A DNA stretch of 64,000 nucleotides from assembly GCA_963696315.1 (NCBI GenBank), contig CAVOJU010000014.1:56605-120604 (forward strand), in the 5' to 3' direction. The position numbers and the translations under genes are program-made. The notes beneath the pieces are model-generated. The model was not told the origin of the DNA, searched no databases, and saw only the letters and a list, made by a program, of their open reading frames with translations. Position 1 is the first letter of the stretch; each line of letters begins with the position of its first letter. Positions 10,160 to 20,408 of this stretch are shown in pieces. This DNA is from an uncultured Gammaproteobacteria bacterium. GTDB taxonomy: Bacteria > Pseudomonadota > Gammaproteobacteria > Methylococcales > Methylomonadaceae.

Positions 10160-11206
10160 ATGAGTAAACAAAGAAAAGCGGTGGCCTTGATTTCCGGAGG
10201 CCTGGATTCGATGCTGGCGGCCAAAGCAGTCATGGAGCAGGGCGTTCATGTTGAAGGCATCAATTTTTTTACCGGTTTTTGTGTGGAAGGTCATACTCAT
10301 GCCATTAGAGCGAAAGACAGAGCCAAGCCCAAACGTAATAATTCCTTATGGGTTGCGGAGCAGTTGGGTATCAAACTGCATATCATCGATGTGATTGAGG
10401 AGTATAAAAACGTTCTGATTAATCCCAAGCATGGCTACGGCGCCCACATGAACCCATGCCTGGACTGCAAAATTTTCATGGTGAATAAGGCCAAGCAGTG
10501 GCTAGCCGAAAACGGCTTTGACTTTATTATTACCGGTGAAGTGATTGGCCAAAGGCCGATGTCGCAGCGTAAGAAAACCATGCCGATTATCGCCCATCAA
10601 TCAGGTGCCGATGATTTGTTGCTGCGGCCCTTGTGCGCGAAGAAGCTGCCGGCAACATTGCCGGAACGTGAAGGCTGGGTCGACAGAGAGAAATTGCATG
10701 AATTTAGCGGCCGCTCTCGCAAGCCACAGATGGCGCTGGCAGCAGAATTTGGTTTTACTGACTACGTTCAGCCTGCCGGCGGCTGCTGTTTTCTAACCGA
10801 TGCCAGCTATTCGGCCAAGCTGGTCGATTTATGGCGCGCGCGCGATAACAATAAACAATATGACCTGGATGATGTCATGCTGTTAAAGGTCGGCCGCCAT
10901 ATCCGGCCCAGAGCGAATTTTAAAATGATAGTGGCCCGGGAAGAGGGCGAAGGCCGCTTTATGCAAGGCTACAAAAATGAATTTATCAGTATGTATTGCA
11001 CTAGTCATGTCGGGCCTTTAGTGTTAATCGACGGAGCGCCTTCCGCCAAGGATTTGTATTTGGCCGCCGGTATTACGGCACGTTATGGCCAGGGCAGGGA
11101 TGCTGAACAGGTTGACGTGGCCATCACCAGCAAAGACGGCTCCGAGCGCAGCATTCAGGTTAAACCGTTACTGGCGGCTGAGATTCCAGCCGAGTGGTTT
11201 GTATGA
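10160..11206 (+). CDS. PP-loop superfamily ATP pyrophosphatase, probably a thiolation/sulfur-transfer enzyme.
   Basis: SGGLDS PP-loop at the N-terminus and conserved Cys residues (CLDC, GGCC). It is translationally coupled to the downstream TusA-like gene. Confidence 0.6.
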   Translation: MSKQRKAVALISGGLDSMLAAKAVMEQGVHVEGINFFTGFCVEGHTHAIRAKDRAKPKRNNSLWVAEQLGIKLHIIDVIEEYKNVLINPKHGYGAHMNPCLDCKIFMVNKAKQWLAENGFDFIITGEVIGQRPMSQRKKTMPIIAHQSGADDLLLRPLCAKKLPATLPEREGWVDREKLHEFSGRSRKPQMALAAEFGFTDYVQPAGGCCFLTDASYSAKLVDLWRARDNNKQYDLDDVMLLKVGRHIRPRANFKMIVAREEGEGRFMQGYKNEFISMYCTSHVGPLVLIDGAPSAKDLYLAAGITARYGQGRDAEQVDVAITSKDGSERSIQVKPLLAAEIPAEWFV

Positions 11207-11430
11207 GCCGCGAAGTTTTAAATGCCCGGCGCTTGCTGTGTCCGTTGCCGGTTATTCGCACTCAGGACAAGGTCAAACAGTTGCAGGCCGGCGATCAACT
11301 GGAGGTGATTTGCACCGACCCCGGCGTCCTGCATGATATTCCGGCCTGGTGCCGCATCAATGGTCACAAGGTGCTGGAAACCCGGGCCAATGACGGCGAA
11401 TACAGTATTGTTCTGGAAGTGGGCGAGTGA
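11194..11430 (+). CDS. TusA-family sulfurtransferase.
   Basis: CPLPV (CPxP) active-site motif, about 75 aa. The gene overlaps the upstream stop and the downstream CDF start. Confidence 0.8.
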   Translation: MVCMSREVLNARRLLCPLPVIRTQDKVKQLQAGDQLEVICTDPGVLHDIPAWCRINGHKVLETRANDGEYSIVLEVGE

Positions 11431-12576
11431 TGGGTGAAGTCCTTGATGCGGTCAACGCGCATAAACTGAAAGCCAGAGCCACTTGGGCCGGCGCACTGGT
11501 TAATGTGCTGCAGACGCTGATCAAAATCGCTTTTGGCATTCTGGGGCAATCCGCGGCACTTGTTGCGGACGGGATTCATTCGTTGTCGGATTTACTCAGC
11601 GATCTGCTGGTCATTATCGCGGTAAGGCTGGGAAGCCGCGAGGCGGATCACGAGCATCCCTATGGGCATCGCCGTTTTGAAACCATCGCCACGGTGATTT
11701 TGGGCACCAGCCTGATCGGAATTGCCGGCGCTATTGTCTGGCGTGTATTGGAAAGGATGGCTACGCCAGAAACACTACCGGTGCCCGATGTGATGACGCT
11801 GGGTATTGCCGCGATTTCCATCCTGGTCAATGAATGGCTTTATCATTATACCAAGCGCATCGCCAAGAAAACCCGCTCCAAACTGCTGTTGGCCAATGCC
11901 TGGCATCAGCGTAGTGATGCCATTTCTTCCGTGGTGGTTTTGTTCGGCATCGGCGCGGTACTGCTGGGCTACCCTGTTGCCGATGCGATGGCCGCCGTGG
12001 TGGTGGCGTTGATGGTGGCTAAAATCGGTCTGAATTTGGTCATCGAAAGCATCAAGGAACTGGTCGATACCTCGTTACCAGCGGAGTTGGTGGCTGAAAT
12101 TGGAGAGGCTATCCATCAAATCGATGGCGTTGAAGGCATCCATTTATTGCGTACCCGGCAGATGGGCGAGGATGCGTATATCGATGCGCATATCGTCGTT
12201 GATCCGCGCATTACGGTTTCAGAAGGGCACAGCATAGGCGATGCTGGTCAGGGATGACTTGATCAGGCGTTTTGATGATGTCATGGATGTGCTGGTGCAT
12301 GTTGATCCCGAAGACGATCAGGTGTTGAGCGGTCAGTTTCTGCCATTGCTGAGGGGCGATGTACAGCGCTTGCTGGAGCATTATCTGGCGGATGTTAAAG
12401 CCTCCATCGAAGATTTCAGAATTCATTATCTGAATGGACAGATTGAAGTGGAAGTTATTTTGCCTTTCGCCATCAGTGCACAGGCCGAACAGCTGACGCA
12501 ACTCAAAAAGCAATGTGCGTTGATGGGCGCCGAAGTGAATCAAATCAACGAAGTTTTCCTATTCTTTAAAACCTAG
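11427..12576 (+). CDS. Cation diffusion facilitator (CDF) metal efflux transporter, with a frameshift near 12235-12257.
   Basis: The membrane domain (ORF 11427..12257, with the HSLSDL and HEHPYGH motifs) and the C-terminal cytoplasmic domain (ORF 12241..12576) lie in adjacent frames. Confidence 0.75.
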
Positions 12577-12588
12577 AAGGATTAAATC

Positions 12589-13809
12589 ATGGCTGTACTC
12601 CCAGCGGGGCATCATTTTCCTCACATGCAAGAGGTAGCGGGAATAACACTGGGCACCGCGTGCGCCGGCATCAAGCAAACCCAGCGTGATGATATTTTAG
12701 TCATTGAAATGGCCGAAACTGCCACTTGCGCGGCTGTGTTTACCCAGAATGCCTTTTGTGCCGCGCCTGTGCATGTGGCAAAAGCCCATTTATCAAAGTC
12801 GCCGCGCTGGCTGCTGATCAATTCCGGCAATGCCAATGCCGGCACCGGTGCGCAAGGGATGCAGGATGCCTTGGACTCTTGTGAGGATGTTGCTGGGGTG
12901 ACCGGCGGCTTGGCCAGTCAGGTGCTGCCTTTTTCTACCGGTGTCATAGGGCAGCCCTTGCCGGTTGCAAAAATTAAAGCCGCGTTGCCGGCGGCCGTGA
13001 AAAATCTATCGGCAGCCAATTGGGACAAAGCCGCCCGGGCGATAATGACTACGGATACTTTTGCCAAAGGCGTCTCCAAAGTCGTCACTCTGTCCGGTCA
13101 GCCCGTCACCATCAACGGTATCGCCAAAGGCGCCGGCATGATTCAGCCCAATATGGCGACCATGCTGGGCTTTATCGCTACCGATGCGAAACTAAAACAG
13201 CCGCTGTTGCAAACGTGTCTGGCGCAGGCGGTGGAACTGTCGTTTAACCGTATCACCGTCGATGGCGATACCTCGACCAATGATGCCTGTGTGTTAATGG
13301 CCAGCGGCTGCTCCCTGGCGCCGGAAATCATAGCCGGTAGTGAGCATTACCGGATTTTTGCCGATGCCGTTATGGAGGTTTGCAAGCAACTGGCGGAAGC
13401 CATTGTCCGGGACGGTGAAGGCGCCACCAAACTGATGCGCATTGTCGTTAATGCAGCCATGAGCGATGCAGAAGCCGTGCGTGTAGGCAAAACCATCGCG
13501 CATTCGCCGCTGGTCAAGACTGCATTTTTTGCCAGTGATCCTAACTGGGGCAGAATTCTGGCGGCAGTGGGACGTTCCGGCGTCGAGCATATGGATCTGG
13601 ATAAGGTGGCGATTTACCTGGATGATGTCTGCATCGTCAGAAACGGCGGTCGTGCCGATGACTATACCGAAGAAGCCGGTCAGCTAGTCATGAATCAGCC
13701 CGAGATTACCGTTACCGTCGATCTAGGACGGGGGGCGGCCCGCCAGGAAGTGTTAACCTGTGATTTTTCCTATGACTATGTGCGTATTAATGCGGAATAC
13801 AGGACTTAA
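12589..13809 (+). CDS. argJ: Bifunctional glutamate N-acetyltransferase / amino-acid acetyltransferase.
   Basis: 406 aa matching ArgJ over its full length, including the ATML autocleavage region. Confidence 0.9.
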   Translation: MAVLPAGHHFPHMQEVAGITLGTACAGIKQTQRDDILVIEMAETATCAAVFTQNAFCAAPVHVAKAHLSKSPRWLLINSGNANAGTGAQGMQDALDSCEDVAGVTGGLASQVLPFSTGVIGQPLPVAKIKAALPAAVKNLSAANWDKAARAIMTTDTFAKGVSKVVTLSGQPVTINGIAKGAGMIQPNMATMLGFIATDAKLKQPLLQTCLAQAVELSFNRITVDGDTSTNDACVLMASGCSLAPEIIAGSEHYRIFADAVMEVCKQLAEAIVRDGEGATKLMRIVVNAAMSDAEAVRVGKTIAHSPLVKTAFFASDPNWGRILAAVGRSGVEHMDLDKVAIYLDDVCIVRNGGRADDYTEEAGQLVMNQPEITVTVDLGRGAARQEVLTCDFSYDYVRINAEYRT

Positions 13810-13851
13810 CAGTCAAAATGGCAGGGCGGTATTGATTGGCCTTGGACAAAC

Positions 13852-14780
13852 ATGAAGCCCATTCAAGTCGCCGTTGGCGTGGTTAAAAACGCAAGCGGGG
13901 AGGTTTTAATTGCGCGGCGCGATCCGTCTTTGCATCAGGGTGGTTTGTGGGAGTTTCCGGGGGGCAAGATTGAGCGGGGTGAGAGGGCTGAACAAGCCCT
14001 GATTCGGGAACTCAAGGAAGAACTCAATCTGACGGTTGAATCGTCAATGCCGTTTATTACTATTAGCCATCACTATCCCGATCGGACGGTTGAGTTACAA
14101 GTGTTTCTGGTGCAACAGTTTTCCGGCCTTGTTAAAGGCTGTCAGGGCCAGCCGTTTCGCTGGGTCAATTCAGATGAGTTGGAGCGCTTTGCTTTTCCTG
14201 AAGCTAACCGGTCGATTATCACCGCAGCCAGATTGCCGCCTTATTATGCCATTTTGGATGATGCGGATGAGTCACAGCTGCGGGTCAATCTTGAAAAAAT
14301 ATTGAGCAGCGGCATTAAGCTGATTCAGGCCAGATTAAAAACGCTGTCAGCATATGCGGCGGAAAAATTTATCGAGCAGGCTTATCCTTTGTGCCGGCAG
14401 CAGGGCTGTTGGTTGTTAATCAATTCCGCTGTTGAACCAGCCTACAGGCTGGCTGTGGACGGCATTCACTTAACCGCCAGGCATTTGCTGGCGCTTGATA
14501 AACGGCCAGAAGGCCTGCTCTGGTTAGCGGCATCTTGCCATAACCTCGAGGAAATGCAGCATGCGCAAAAATTAGGTGTGGATTTTGTGGTGCTGGCGCC
14601 GGTATTGGCAACGGCAACGCACCCCGGCGTAGAGGCCTGGGCTGGCAAAAGTTTGCAGAGCTGGTTACGCATTGCAATGTACCTGTGTATGCCTTGGGTG
14701 GAATGTCGCTAAATAGTCTGGATAGGGCACGGCAGGCTGGCGCTCAGGGAATCGCCGCGATCAGGGCTTTTTTGGATTGA
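13852..14780 (+). CDS. Nudix (MutT-like) hydrolase fused to a thiamine-phosphate-synthase-like (ThiE-like) domain, with a frameshift near 14640.
   Basis: The N-terminus carries a Nudix box (GGKIERGERAEQALIRELKEELNL). The C-terminus is TMP-TENI/ThiE-like; an alternative frame after about 14640 restores the conserved end, ...VPVYALGGM...GAQGIAAIRAF. Confidence 0.75.
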
Positions 14781-14781
14781 G

Positions 14782-14988
14782 CTAGTGCAGGTAGGACTCG
14801 TTCTCGTTGTCAGGGTCTTCGGGTAAGGGTTCACCGGCTATTCTTCTTTCTTCCATGGCCCATTCGCCAAGGTCTATTAGTTTGCAGCGTTCACAGCAGA
14901 AAGGTTTGAACAGCTGTTCGGCTGTCCAGGGTACCGGACGGCCGCAAGTTGGACATTTTACTGTGAGTGGTTTGCCGGGCGCGCTCAT
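14782..14988 (-). CDS. yacG: DNA gyrase inhibitor YacG.
   Basis: CPTCGRPV...[14 protein letters not shown] zinc-ribbon signature, 68 aa. Confidence 0.9.
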   Translation of the reverse strand: MSAPGKPLTVKCPTCGRPVPWTAEQLFKPFCCERCKLIDLGEWAMEERRIAGEPLPEDPDNENESYLH

Positions 14989-15764
14989 CAGAGCAGGCAG
15001 CAGGTCAATAAAAAAGGAATATTATCAGGGCTTTGGCTGGGGCGTTTGTTATCAGAGGAGGGCATCATAAAGCGGATGGTGCTGCGATGCTTGCCGCCAC
15101 TGATTTCGGCAAAGCAGGGAATCGATTTGTCCACACTGACTTTAAGCAGCTGGAACGGTTGCCCTCTGTCAAAGGAAATTTGGAAAAATCCGGCCTCTGC
15201 GACTTCTTCCCTGGGAATGCTGCTGTTGCGGATAAAATCAAGAATCAGGTTGATGGCCGTGCGTATGTCTGCAAACGGACTACACCAGTGTTCCAGATCT
15301 TTTGATCGTACGGCCTCATCTTGTTCGAGCCAGTAATGGAATTCGGGTAAATCGAAGGAGCAGGTGCCGCCGGGTATGGAGCTTCGTTGAGCAATGCTCT
15401 GGAATAAATCACTCTCCAATACATTGATGCCGACTTTACCGTTAGCGGCATAGAGACTTTTAATGGTTTGGGTTAACTGCGCCAGCAATTGCTCCAGTTT
15501 TTCTTTGTCAACATTGTGGCTGTTGGCGATTTTATGTAGTAATTGACTATGCCGCTCCAGTTCTTTCAGTATCTCTGTTTTGATGTTGTTGCGGCTGAAA
15601 ATCATCATGATATCAAGCAGCACACCGATAGCAGCGCGGCTGTCGATAACGCTGGAGCCGGCCAGAAAATGATTAAATTGTAAAAATAGTTGTTCGAGCC
15701 GTATGAAAACCCGGATTCGTTCATTGAGTGGAAATTCATAGGTGATGGTATTGTTCACAGACAA
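14988..15764 (-). CDS. zapD: Cell division protein ZapD.
   Basis: 258 aa matching ZapD over its full length; conserved yacG-zapD-coaE order. Confidence 0.85.
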   Translation of the reverse strand: MSVNNTITYEFPLNERIRVFIRLEQLFLQFNHFLAGSSVIDSRAAIGVLLDIMMIFSRNNIKTEILKELERHSQLLHKIANSHNVDKEKLEQLLAQLTQTIKSLYAANGKVGINVLESDLFQSIAQRSSIPGGTCSFDLPEFHYWLEQDEAVRSKDLEHWCSPFADIRTAINLILDFIRNSSIPREEVAEAGFFQISFDRGQPFQLLKVSVDKSIPCFAEISGGKHRSTIRFMMPSSDNKRPSQSPDNIPFLLTCCLL

Positions 15765-15765
15765 G

Positions 15766-16368
15766 TTAATCCTGACTAGCGCTAAGTGAAATATACAAAT
15801 TGTGCAGTTTTTTTACCTGCTCTGCAAGCCCGGATTCAGTTTTGGAGTTATCGATCAGATCGTCGGCCTTTGATTTTCTTAGTGTACGTGAGGCTTGGCT
15901 GGCGATTATTGATTCAATTCTTGCTGTGCTCAGATGATCCCTGTTTTTAACCCGTTCAATCTGCGTTTCGACCGGGCAGTCCACAACCAGTATCCGGTCA
16001 ACAAAGTGCAGCATATTGGTTTCAAATAACAAGGGGATACAAATGATGCAATAAGGTGCGCTGAGTTGTTCCAGTTCTGCTTGCAGGGTTTTATAAACCA
16101 GGGGATGAAGAATGGCTTCCAGTTTTTGCTTTTGCTCGGGATCGGAAAAAACAATCTCCCGGAGATGGCTTCTGTCCAGAGAGCCATCGGACTTGACTAT
16201 GCATGAGCCGAAGGCTTGCTGTATTTTGACAAGCGCGGGTTGGCCCTTGGCAACCAGTTGATGGGCGACTACGTCAGCATCAAGCACAGGGCTTCCTAAT
16301 TCGGCAAATAAGCGGGCTACCGAAGTTTTACCGGAGCCGATGCCGCCGGTCAGGCCAATCTTGAGCAT
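15766..16368 (-). CDS. coaE: Dephospho-CoA kinase.
   Basis: GLTGGIGSGKT P-loop, 200 aa. Confidence 0.9.
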   Translation of the reverse strand: MLKIGLTGGIGSGKTSVARLFAELGSPVLDADVVAHQLVAKGQPALVKIQQAFGSCIVKSDGSLDRSHLREIVFSDPEQKQKLEAILHPLVYKTLQAELEQLSAPYCIICIPLLFETNMLHFVDRILVVDCPVETQIERVKNRDHLSTARIESIIASQASRTLRKSKADDLIDNSKTESGLAEQVKKLHNLYISLSASQD

Positions 16369-16372
16369 GTCT

Positions 16373-17251
16373 TTACAGGCCGGCGGCGGCTAAATAGAGC
16401 TGATTGATGTCATGCCCCCATAATAGCGCTATCCATCCCGCGGCAGCCAGATAGGGGCCAAAAGGAATGGGGACGGTGTGATCACGTTTTACAAAAATGA
16501 TCATGGCTATGCCGATAATTGCTCCTACCAGGGATGACAGCAATATGATGAGCGGCAGATATTGCCAGCCCAGCCAGGCGCCGAATAAGGCCAGCAATTT
16601 AAAATCGCCAAAGCCCATACCCTCTTTTCCGGTGGCCAGTTTGAACAGCTGATACACCATCCAAAGGCTTAAATAACCGGCAATGGCGCCGATAATGCTG
16701 GAATGCGCATCGGTAAACACATTAAACAGGCTTAAAAACAGGCCGAACCAGAGCGCCGGCAGGGTGATTGAATCGGGCAGCAACTGATGGTCTATATCAA
16801 TAAAGCTTAATGCAATCAGCGACCAGGTGAGCAACAAAGCAAACAGGGTTTGCGCTGAGCCGCCAAAATGCCAGGCTACCAGAACTGAAGTTATGGCGGT
16901 AAAGGCTTCTATGATGGGATAGCGCAATGAAATAGGATGTCCGCAATGCGCGCAGCGGCCTTTTAAAAAAACATAGCTGAGGACGGGAATGTTTTGGTAA
17001 GGCTTGATGGGTGTTTTGCAATTCGGGCAGCGCGACAAGGGGAGTAGTAGATTGAAAGGCTCCTCATTCTGGGGTTGGCTATTATCAATTTGCAGGTAAT
17101 CGGTGCATTCCTGGCGCCAGTTGCGCTGCATCATGACCGGCAGACGGTAAATCACGACATTAAGAAAGCTGCCTACCAGCAGGCCGACAATGCCAGCCAG
17201 CCCGGCAAACAGGTACGGTGAATCGAAAAGAAGGGTTAATGATTGCTGCAT
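16373..17251 (-). CDS. pilD: Prepilin peptidase / N-methyltransferase PilD (A24 family).
   Basis: Cys-rich N-terminal region (CPNC...CAHC) followed by a polytopic peptidase A24 domain. Confidence 0.9.
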   Translation of the reverse strand: MQQSLTLLFDSPYLFAGLAGIVGLLVGSFLNVVIYRLPVMMQRNWRQECTDYLQIDNSQPQNEEPFNLLLPLSRCPNCKTPIKPYQNIPVLSYVFLKGRCAHCGHPISLRYPIIEAFTAITSVLVAWHFGGSAQTLFALLLTWSLIALSFIDIDHQLLPDSITLPALWFGLFLSLFNVFTDAHSSIIGAIAGYLSLWMVYQLFKLATGKEGMGFGDFKLLALFGAWLGWQYLPLIILLSSLVGAIIGIAMIIFVKRDHTVPIPFGPYLAAAGWIALLWGHDINQLYLAAAGL

Positions 17252-17328
17252 ATGTTATGGAATAAGAAACGCCCCGGGTTAGGGGGCGTCAGTTGAGGAA
17301 TGGTTCTGGTTTTTAAAGTGATAAAAAT

Positions 17329-18549
17329 TTAACCCACTGCGGCGCCCAATTTGAATATAGGCAGATACATCGCTATCACCAACCCGCCGACCAGTGTGCC
17401 CAATACCACCATAATCATCGGCTCCATCAAGCTGCTTAAGTTATCAATCAGGTTGTCGACTTCTTCTTCATAAAAATCGGCCACTTTTGAGAGCATGGCA
17501 TCGAGAGAGCCGGATTCTTCGCCAATCGCAACCATTTGCGTGACCATGTGTGGAAACAGATTGACCTGTTGCATGGAAAACTGCAAACGTTGACCTGTCG
17601 CGACATCTTCGCGCATTTTTAAAACTGCTTCCTGGTAAATAATATTGCCACAAGCGCCGGAGACCGATTCCAGGGCATCTATAAGCGGCACCCCGGCAGC
17701 CGACATCGTGGCTAGTGTTCTGGCAAAACGGGCGATGGCTGATTTGTGTAAAATCAGGCCGATAATGGGGATTTTTAGGAAGGTCTTGTCCAGGAAATGA
17801 CAAAATTTGTGCGAACGTTTCTTGAAATAGGTGAAGGTAAAAACAGCAATACCAATGCTGCCAAACAGGATCCACCACCATTCCTGCATCCATTCCGACA
17901 TGCCGATAACCATCTTGGTGAAGGCAGGCAAATCCGCGCCAAAACTATGAAATAGGTCTTCAAAAACAGGGACTACAAACAGCAACAGAATGGCGGTAAC
18001 AATAAAGGCAACTACGAGCACTGCAATGGGATAAGTGAGTGCCTTTTTAATTTTTTTCTTGATGGATTCGGTTTTTTCTTTGTAGGTGGCAATTTTATCC
18101 AGCAGCGTTTCCAATACCCCCGCCTGCTCGCCGGCCGCCACCAGATTGCAGAATAATTCGTCAAAATACAGGGGTCTTTTTCTAAGCGCTTCGGCCAAGG
18201 TGTCGCCGCTTTCAATATCCGCTTTGATGTCCAGCAGCATTTTTTGCATGCTCGGATTGTCGTGGCCTTTGCCAATGATATCGAATGATTGCACCAAGGC
18301 CACACCGGCTTCCAACATGGTCGCTAATTGCCGCGCAAAAATTGCGATATCGGCAGGGGTTATGGATTGGGCTTTTGCGGTAAAGAGCGGCTTGGATTTT
18401 TTCTGGATTCTGATAACGCGTATGCCTAAGCGTCGTAAATCCGAGCGTGCGATCGTCTCGCTTTTAGCAGATACCTCGCCCTTGGTTTTTTTGCCACTTT
18501 TGTCGGTGCCTTGCCAGATGAAATCCAGTTGTTCAATTTGATCAGCCAT
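17329..18549 (-). CDS. pilC: Type IV pilus assembly platform protein PilC (GspF family).
   Basis: Duplicated T2SS-F domains, 406 aa. Confidence 0.9.
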   Translation of the reverse strand: MADQIEQLDFIWQGTDKSGKKTKGEVSAKSETIARSDLRRLGIRVIRIQKKSKPLFTAKAQSITPADIAIFARQLATMLEAGVALVQSFDIIGKGHDNPSMQKMLLDIKADIESGDTLAEALRKRPLYFDELFCNLVAAGEQAGVLETLLDKIATYKEKTESIKKKIKKALTYPIAVLVVAFIVTAILLLFVVPVFEDLFHSFGADLPAFTKMVIGMSEWMQEWWWILFGSIGIAVFTFTYFKKRSHKFCHFLDKTFLKIPIIGLILHKSAIARFARTLATMSAAGVPLIDALESVSGACGNIIYQEAVLKMREDVATGQRLQFSMQQVNLFPHMVTQMVAIGEESGSLDAMLSKVADFYEEEVDNLIDNLSSLMEPMIMVVLGTLVGGLVIAMYLPIFKLGAAVG

Positions 18550-18553
18550 TGTT

Positions 18554-20266
18554 TTATTCCTTGGTTACGCGGTCGATTTCTTCCAGGCTGGTAATGCCCT
18601 GGCGAACTTTGTTTAAGCCTGATTCCCGTAAATCATTGATGCCTTCGGATTTGGCTTGCTCGGCGAGTTGCATGGCATTGCCGCCTTCGAGAATTAGTCC
18701 TCGCATGCGCTCACTCAAAGTCATGACCTGATAAATGCCGACCCTGCCTTTGTAGCCATTGGTGCAGTGCTCGCAGCCAGCAGGGCTAAAAATTTTCAGA
18801 TTTTTTAACTCATCGGCTTTAAAGCCGGCGGAAAGCAGCAGGTTATCGGGAAAAACGGCGGGGGTTTTGCAATGCTCGCATAAGCGCCGCGCCAGTCGCT
18901 GCGCCATGATGAGAAGCACGGCTGAGACGATATTAAAGGGTGCAATACCCATTTGCATCAGCCGGTTCAAGGTTTGCGGGGCATCGTTGGTATGCAGGGT
19001 TGATAAAACCAGGTGGCCTGTTTGCGCGGCCTTGACGGCAATCTCGGCGGTTTCCAGATCCCGGATTTCGCCGACCATGATAATGTCAGGGTCTTGGCGC
19101 AGGAAGGCGCGTAAAGCCGTCGCAAATGTTAAACCGGCTTTAATGTTCATGTTAACCTGATTGATGCCGTTCACGGTAATTTCAACCGGATCTTCGGCCG
19201 TGGAAATATTGCGCTCGATGCTATTGAGCAGATTTAAACCCGTGTAGAGCGTCACGGTTTTACCGCTGCCGGTAGGGCCGGTCACCAGAACCATGCCATA
19301 GGGTTTATTGATGGCCTGCAAGAAAAGTTTTTCCTGTTCTGGTTCAAAGCCCAGTTTTTCGATACCGATTTGCGCACTGGTAGGATCAAGAATACGCAAA
19401 ACCACTTTTTCACCGAACAATGTAGGACAAGTATTGACCCGAAAATCAATGGCGCGATGTTTGGACAAGGTCATTTTGATGCGTCCATCCTGAGGCACAC
19501 GGCGTTCGGCAATATCCATTTTTGCCATCACCTTGATTCTGGAAATAATTCGGTTGGCGATATTGGACGGCGGACTGGCGACTTCATAGAGCATGCCATC
19601 AGCCCTGAAGCGAATGCGGAAATTTTTTTCATAAGGCTCCAGGTGAATATCGGATACGCCTTTTTTGATCGAATCCAGCAGGATTTTATTGACGAAGCGG
19701 ACGATAGGGGCGTCATCAATATCGGCGTTGATGTCATCCTTGGCCGCATCATCGGCGCCGGGCGCGACGCTCAGATTTTCCAGATCAGCATCCAGCAAAT
19801 CCGCCATTGAGGTATCGGCGGCCTCCATCGCGGCTTCTATGGCTCTGACCAGTTTGCTTTCCTCAACCAGGATGGTTTCAGGATTGAGCCGGCTATGAAA
19901 TTTTATTTCATCTAGGGCCTGAAAATTGGTGGGATCCGAGATGCCGATAAACAGGGTTTTACCGCGCGTAAAAAGGGGTAAGACATGATGATTGCGTATT
20001 AGTTTTTCGTTGAGAACTTTGATAGGCAGGCTGCGCAAGTCGATGGCATCGAGATCAAAAAAAGGCATGCCAAATTCAATTGAAGCTTTTGAGGCAATAG
20101 TTTTGCTATCGACCAGCTTGTTGGTAACGAGATAGCTGATTAACGGCATCTTCTTTTTTTGCGCTTCCTGAATATGAAGCAGCGCTTCGCTTTCAGTCAA
20201 CAGGCCGTCCTGAACCAGGCAGTTGGCAAGAGCGTTAAATTGGATGTCAGTTAAAATGGCTGCCAT
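18554..20266 (-). CDS. pilB: Type IV-A pilus assembly ATPase PilB.
   Basis: GspE-N domain, Walker A VTGPTGSGKT, and a C-terminal tetracysteine motif. Confidence 0.9.
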   Translation of the reverse strand: MAAILTDIQFNALANCLVQDGLLTESEALLHIQEAQKKKMPLISYLVTNKLVDSKTIASKASIEFGMPFFDLDAIDLRSLPIKVLNEKLIRNHHVLPLFTRGKTLFIGISDPTNFQALDEIKFHSRLNPETILVEESKLVRAIEAAMEAADTSMADLLDADLENLSVAPGADDAAKDDINADIDDAPIVRFVNKILLDSIKKGVSDIHLEPYEKNFRIRFRADGMLYEVASPPSNIANRIISRIKVMAKMDIAERRVPQDGRIKMTLSKHRAIDFRVNTCPTLFGEKVVLRILDPTSAQIGIEKLGFEPEQEKLFLQAINKPYGMVLVTGPTGSGKTVTLYTGLNLLNSIERNISTAEDPVEITVNGINQVNMNIKAGLTFATALRAFLRQDPDIIMVGEIRDLETAEIAVKAAQTGHLVLSTLHTNDAPQTLNRLMQMGIAPFNIVSAVLLIMAQRLARRLCEHCKTPAVFPDNLLLSAGFKADELKNLKIFSPAGCEHCTNGYKGRVGIYQVMTLSERMRGLILEGGNAMQLAEQAKSEGINDLRESGLNKVRQGITSLEEIDRVTKE

Positions 20267-20408
20267 AAGAGGGTTAAATTAATGTCGAGGTCTATAGGCA
20301 AATATAGATGAATTGAATAGTTTGTCCAACAAATGCAAGTGAGGGGGCAGAAAGTCCAAGGCTAAAGATGCATGCAAACACCTGAAGCCCTGCGCTTTTC
20401 CGGTTTGT

